Below are positions 60,815-64,000 of a stretch of DNA of 64,000 nucleotides, piece by piece. A program made the translations under genes and the position numbers. Position 1 is the first letter of the stretch. Each line of letters starts with the position of its first letter. Origin of the DNA: a virus. The stretch lies in IMG/VR virus record IMGVR_UViG_3300032050_000037, positions 49,073 to 113,072 of that record; one strand, written 5' to 3'. Under the pieces are notes generated by a model. It searched no databases, was not told the origin of the DNA, and was given only the letters and a program-made list of their open reading frames with translations.

Positions 60815-60958
60815 TTAGAAATCCAATTCTAAACTTTGTGGATTACATAAGCAAGGCTCAAGGTCAAAAGTATCCTCGTTGCCATAGTAAAGCCAACCTT
60901 GTCCGTAGCATGTGCCACAGTTTTTAATTTCCTCTAGTAGAGATTTTATTTTTGCCAT
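60815..60958 (-). CDS. 47-aa Cys protein
   Basis: AACGAAAGGA RBS; CGTCYGQG...PCLC. Confidence 0.6.
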   Translation of the reverse strand: MAKIKSLLEEIKNCGTCYGQGWLYYGNEDTFDLEPCLCNPQSLELDF

Positions 60959-60993
60959 TTTAGTTTTCCTTTCGTTTTGTTAGCGGTATTGTA

Positions 60994-61140
60994 TCAGTTA
61001 TCGCTGACAATTGGCAAAACGGGAGAGCCTTCCAACTCTAACCCAATTTCTAAATCTAACAATTCTTCGGAAGTGGCTTCGGATAAATCTACCCAGCCAG
61101 CCCCGTTTTCATTAACACGGAAAATTTCTATGTATCCCAT
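60994..61140 (-). CDS. 48-aa acidic protein
   Basis: TAATG coupling. Confidence 0.5.
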   Translation of the reverse strand: MGYIEIFRVNENGAGWVDLSEATSEELLDLEIGLELEGSPVLPIVSDN

Positions 61141-61343
61141 TATTCACCGACTTTCACCGCTATTGTGCGGAATTTATTTTTCAAAGTATGAGGAGAAAAG
61201 ATTTCTACCAAATACGCTTCGGTATTTTCTCCATACCAAATTGGTTGATTAGATTTCTCTGCTGAAACAATTTCTCCAGTAAGAGTTTTTGAATTATAGG
61301 TTTTACCAATTAGTAAATCCTCAATTGTGTATAAGTTAGCCAT
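61140..61343 (-). CDS. hypothetical early protein
   Basis: AACGAAAGGA RBS + PafBC-type promoter. Confidence 0.65.
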   Translation of the reverse strand: MANLYTIEDLLIGKTYNSKTLTGEIVSAEKSNQPIWYGENTEAYLVEIFSPHTLKNKFRTIAVKVGE

Positions 61344-61395
61344 TTAAGTTTTCCTTTCGTTATGTCGTTATTTTAACATAATCCACCGACAATTA

Positions 61396-61600
61396 CCACC
61401 GACACGCCGTAAATTACAAGAATGTAATTATGTGTTCTTAATCACACGAGTTATCCACGACACGCCCGAAGTTTTCCACAGATTTCCAGGGTTTTCCACA
61501 ATCTGTTCATAAACCTGTGGATAACCCCCACAAAAGCCTGCGGGCAGCTGTCGCCCTTGTCAAGGCGACACGCCGATTATTCTTTGTGAGGTTGCTCACA
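61396..61600. promoter_or_regulatory. dense array of DnaA-, CRP- and WhiA-like sites
   Basis: TTATCCACG, TTTTCCACA x2, TGTGGATAA; TGTGW-N6-TCACA x2; CGACACGCC x3. Confidence 0.7.
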
Positions 61601-61805
61601 TACGCATTTAGTATATGCGCCAGCGTTAAGCCTGCCACATTTAGGGCAGGTATAGAATCCGCTAGGGTTAGCCATTATCTACCCCACTTATATCCTACTA
61701 GATCGCAAGCGTATCCGTCTGCGGTATTGTGGCAGTTAGCATAGACGGGCTCAGAGTATAAATCAAATAGCGCAATCGCTATCAGTAAAGCAATCGCTAA
61801 CCTAA

Positions 61806-61946
61806 TCATTTACGACCCTTCCACAATTTAACACCGATTACAATAATAAAAGCGGTGGCAATACTTAGCCAATTAAACTCAGTATAAAACCAATCAGTAG
61901 AAATCGTTAAACCAAAATCGCTTAATTCTAAATCAAAATAAATCAT
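61806..61946 (-). CDS. small membrane protein
   Basis: C-terminal TM helix, coupled ORF. Confidence 0.5.
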   Translation of the reverse strand: MIYFDLELSDFGLTISTDWFYTEFNWLSIATAFIIVIGVKLWKGRK

Positions 61947-62119
61947 TATTCGGCACTCTCCCAATCTAGTGTTAATTCATTTTCGATTACCTCATCAAGG
62001 CTAATCATGTCCTCATCAAATAGGCTCTCCTCATTATGTTTATCTATCGCCTCTAGTTCGTCTAGGTGGCGATAAGCGTCTGCGACATCTGCTTGAATAG
62101 TGTCCCATTTAGTCATCAT
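61946..62119 (-). CDS. 57-aa highly acidic protein
   Basis: AGGAG RBS. Confidence 0.55.
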   Translation of the reverse strand: MMTKWDTIQADVADAYRHLDELEAIDKHNEESLFDEDMISLDEVIENELTLDWESAE

Positions 62120-62125
62120 TAGTTA

Positions 62126-62284
62126 TTACTCCTGTTCCATTTTAGAGATAAAGTAAGAGAACTTTATCTGAGGTTTAACGCTGTTTAGTTCGTCTATTGT
62201 TTTTACTACATCTTTCATAGATGAAGCGGTGAAGCCAATGCCCTTTAGTTGAGAGCCTTGCCATATTGAGTATGTTATTTTCAT
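62126..62284 (-). CDS. 52-aa hypothetical protein
   Basis: AACGAAAGGA RBS + PafBC-type promoter. Confidence 0.6.
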   Translation of the reverse strand: MKITYSIWQGSQLKGIGFTASSMKDVVKTIDELNSVKPQIKFSYFISKMEQE

Positions 62285-62363
62285 TTAGTTTTCCTTTCGT
62301 TGTTATGAGATAAATCTAGCACATGCTACCGACAAAACGCAAGCCTTGTCGGTGTGATGTTGC

Positions 62364-62477
62364 TCACCAACATGATGAGCAAGAGCAATGGGATTGATGT
62401 CCCTTAGTAAACGGAGTATGAGCAGGACCTTGTCCCTCATAGGCGATACATGTATCACAAGTTAATTCGTTATTCAT
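62364..62477 (-). CDS. 37-aa Cys/His-rich peptide
   Basis: AACGAAAGGA RBS; CDTC...HCSCSSCW. Confidence 0.55.
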   Translation of the reverse strand: MNNELTCDTCIAYEGQGPAHTPFTKGHQSHCSCSSCW

Positions 62478-62727
62478 ATTTATATCCTTTCGTTATATAT
62501 ATAACTCTACATGAGGGGACTGACAATTTCCACTAGACAAATCGGACATGTCGGACATTTTCAAAACTTTTTCAAAATATTCATGTGATATACACCACAT
62601 ATGGTCGCTCTAATAGGACAAATCGGACATTTTAAATATGTGTATCATACAAATAAAATCTCTATTAACATTTTATGAAATCTGATATTATAGTCGACTA
62701 GAATAAAATATAGTATACTGAATATAT

Positions 62728-62800
62728 TGATCCATAGCTCAATCGGCAGAGCAGTCGACTGTTAATCGACAGGTTCTTGGTTCGAGTCCAAGTGGATCAG
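62728..62800 (+). tRNA. tRNA-Asn(GTT)
   Basis: TGATCCA/TGGATCA acceptor, GTCGA-CTGTTAA-TCGAC, TTCGAGT loop. Confidence 0.9.
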
Positions 62801-62918
62801 CAAAAAAGCGGGAGGGAAATATGGAACATAATAAATTAACACCAGAAGGTGCCATGACTATTGGCGCTGTATTGGTGGCAGTATTTATTCTTGCTATTGT
62901 TATAGCATCTTAATTTTT

Positions 62919-62990
62919 GGCTTCATCGTCTATCGGTTAGGACTCCAGATTTTCAATCTGGCAAGACGGGTTCGATTCCCGTTGGAGCTA
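62919..62990 (+). tRNA. tRNA-Glu(TTC)
   Basis: GGCTTCA/TGGAGCT acceptor, CCAGA-TTTTCAA-TCTGG, TTCGATT loop. Confidence 0.88.
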
Positions 62991-63029
62991 CATTTGACAA
63001 AAATTTTTTAGTAATGTTATACTTCTAGC

Positions 63030-63206
63030 CTTGGACAGTTTTCGGAGATAATTTCAAGGGGTTAAACTCCAAGTGCGACAATGACGGAAATGTTATTAGT
63101 CTGGCTTATACATCCAGTATAGGTTCAACCGATGAATTGCAGGCTTACAACCTTAAAAGACAATTTCGGGGTCCTTTTCTTAAAAAGGGGTGTAGGGGTT
63201 GTATGC
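63030..63206 (+). ncRNA. candidate multi-stem non-coding RNA
   Basis: TTGACA-N18-TATACT promoter at 62994-63023; no ORF of note; five stems with G-U pairs on + strand. Confidence 0.5.
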
Positions 63207-63470
63207 TCCAAATCTGGAAATATCCCTAAAAGAAATATATAAATATAATATATATCTTAGTCAACTAGAATATGAGATAAATAATGGATATAGATACATT
63301 TAAAAAGAAATTTGTAGCATCATTGCTAATTCTTATTGTTGCTTATCTAGCTATAGGCATAGCTTTAAGTTAAAATATGCTTTATTGGCCTTCTAAGGCC
63401 TATATAAGAGTTTATTAGCATATAGGGTATACATGAGTATGGGTTCTCTTCTACCGCCGTCGCACTTCAA

Positions 63471-64000
63471 TTAGTCAATTAAAAATGAAATATCTTTTCT
63501 TGTTTTAATGACACAAGGAACTATTGTATGATTAGGATCATTATGTCTATCTATTGCAATAGAGTCTAATGAACTAAATATTTCTGGGGTGATTCTTTCA
63601 GCTTTTAATTTATTTTCATATGCATCTAAATACTCTTGAAATGTCATAGTTGGATTTTCTATTTTATTATATTCTCTTCTTTTTTCGATTTTCACTGATC
63701 CGTCGAAATATGATAAAAATTGTCTTATATAATATTTAGAATTTCCTTCTTTTAATCTCTTAACACCATGATATACATCTACAGGAAATATTAATCCGTC
63801 TCCTGCTTGCATTTTATATTCAAAATAATCCTCTACAAGCCAAGCCTCACCAGTCTCACCAGAGATAGCATCTACATATGGGACCTTTTCTACATTTTCA
63901 TGTTTAAAGAATATAATGTCTCCACCTTCGTAATCATCGTTAATATATATATTAAAATTAAAAGAATGATTTTGATCATAGGCTCCACCTTTAATTACAT
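63471..64000 (-). CDS. 2OG-Fe(II) oxygenase, 5' end beyond window
   Basis: Frame open to window edge: NIYINDDYEGGDIIF...YHGVKRL..KYYIR. Confidence 0.8.
   Translation of the reverse strand, partial: VIKGGAYDQNHSFNFNIYINDDYEGGDIIFFKHENVEKVPYVDAISGETGEAWLVEDYFEYKMQAGDGLIFPVDVYHGVKRLKEGNSKYYIRQFLSYFDGSVKIEKRREYNKIENPTMTFQEYLDAYENKLKAERITPEIFSSLDSIAIDRHNDPNHTIVPCVIKTRKDISFLID

Larger units (their letters stand above)
53342..62525 (-). promoter_or_regulatory. 14 PafBC/RecA-NDp-type promoters TGTCRG-N10-TANNNT (53342,55039,55967,57212,58107,58316,58915,59883,60088,60750,60988,61370,62313,62504; each 22 bp)
   Basis: Exact N10 spacing in every copy; all on the - strand upstream of gene starts. Confidence 0.85.

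Noticed and set aside
61517-61744. + strand ORFs within the early block (also 57234, 58858, 59085, 60183, 60724, 60977)
   Set aside because: They overlap regulatory arrays or better-supported - strand genes and have no RBS.
62346-62368. + strand TGTCGG as a divergent PafBC promoter
   Set aside because: No -10 at the required spacing; it forms an inverted repeat with the - strand site.
1-64000. Alternative genetic code or prophage/integrase
   Set aside because: Genes are intact and tightly packed under code 11 using all three stops; no integrase, att site or host flank was seen.

Overview
64 kb of a large, AT-rich, apparently lytic dsDNA tailed phage. The host is most likely an actinobacterium: the window has WhiB, an Lsr2-type domain, GAAAGGA Shine-Dalgarno sites and many leaderless genes. 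Positions 1-50.9 kb are on the + strand. They carry a bacterial-type replication/recombination module (DnaB, primase, SSB, DnaE, RecA, Cas4-like nuclease, RuvC), terminase genes flanked by a glycosyl/methyl/carbamoyl-transferase cluster, several 2OG-Fe(II) oxygenases, a lysis cassette, proteases, Hsp20, thioredoxin, a shortened KatG and a tRNA. Positions 51.3-62.6 kb are a - strand block of small early-type genes, probably the terminal-repeat/first-injected region. It contains the most striking signals. (i) Fourteen promoters match TGTCRG-N10-TANNNT, the actinobacterial PafBC/RecA-NDp DNA-damage promoter. (ii) Fourteen genes share the extended RBS AACGAAAGG. (iii) A structured ~125-nt intergenic RNA (53468-53594, - strand) displays the exact complement UUUUUCCUUUCGUU, so it is a candidate trans-acting sRNA that could silence the whole early regulon. 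(iv) Intergenic arrays resemble host DnaA, CRP, WhiA and LexA sites. Further candidate structured ncRNAs lie at ~30072-30165 and ~63030-63206. All function calls come from reading motifs by eye; no database searches were run.
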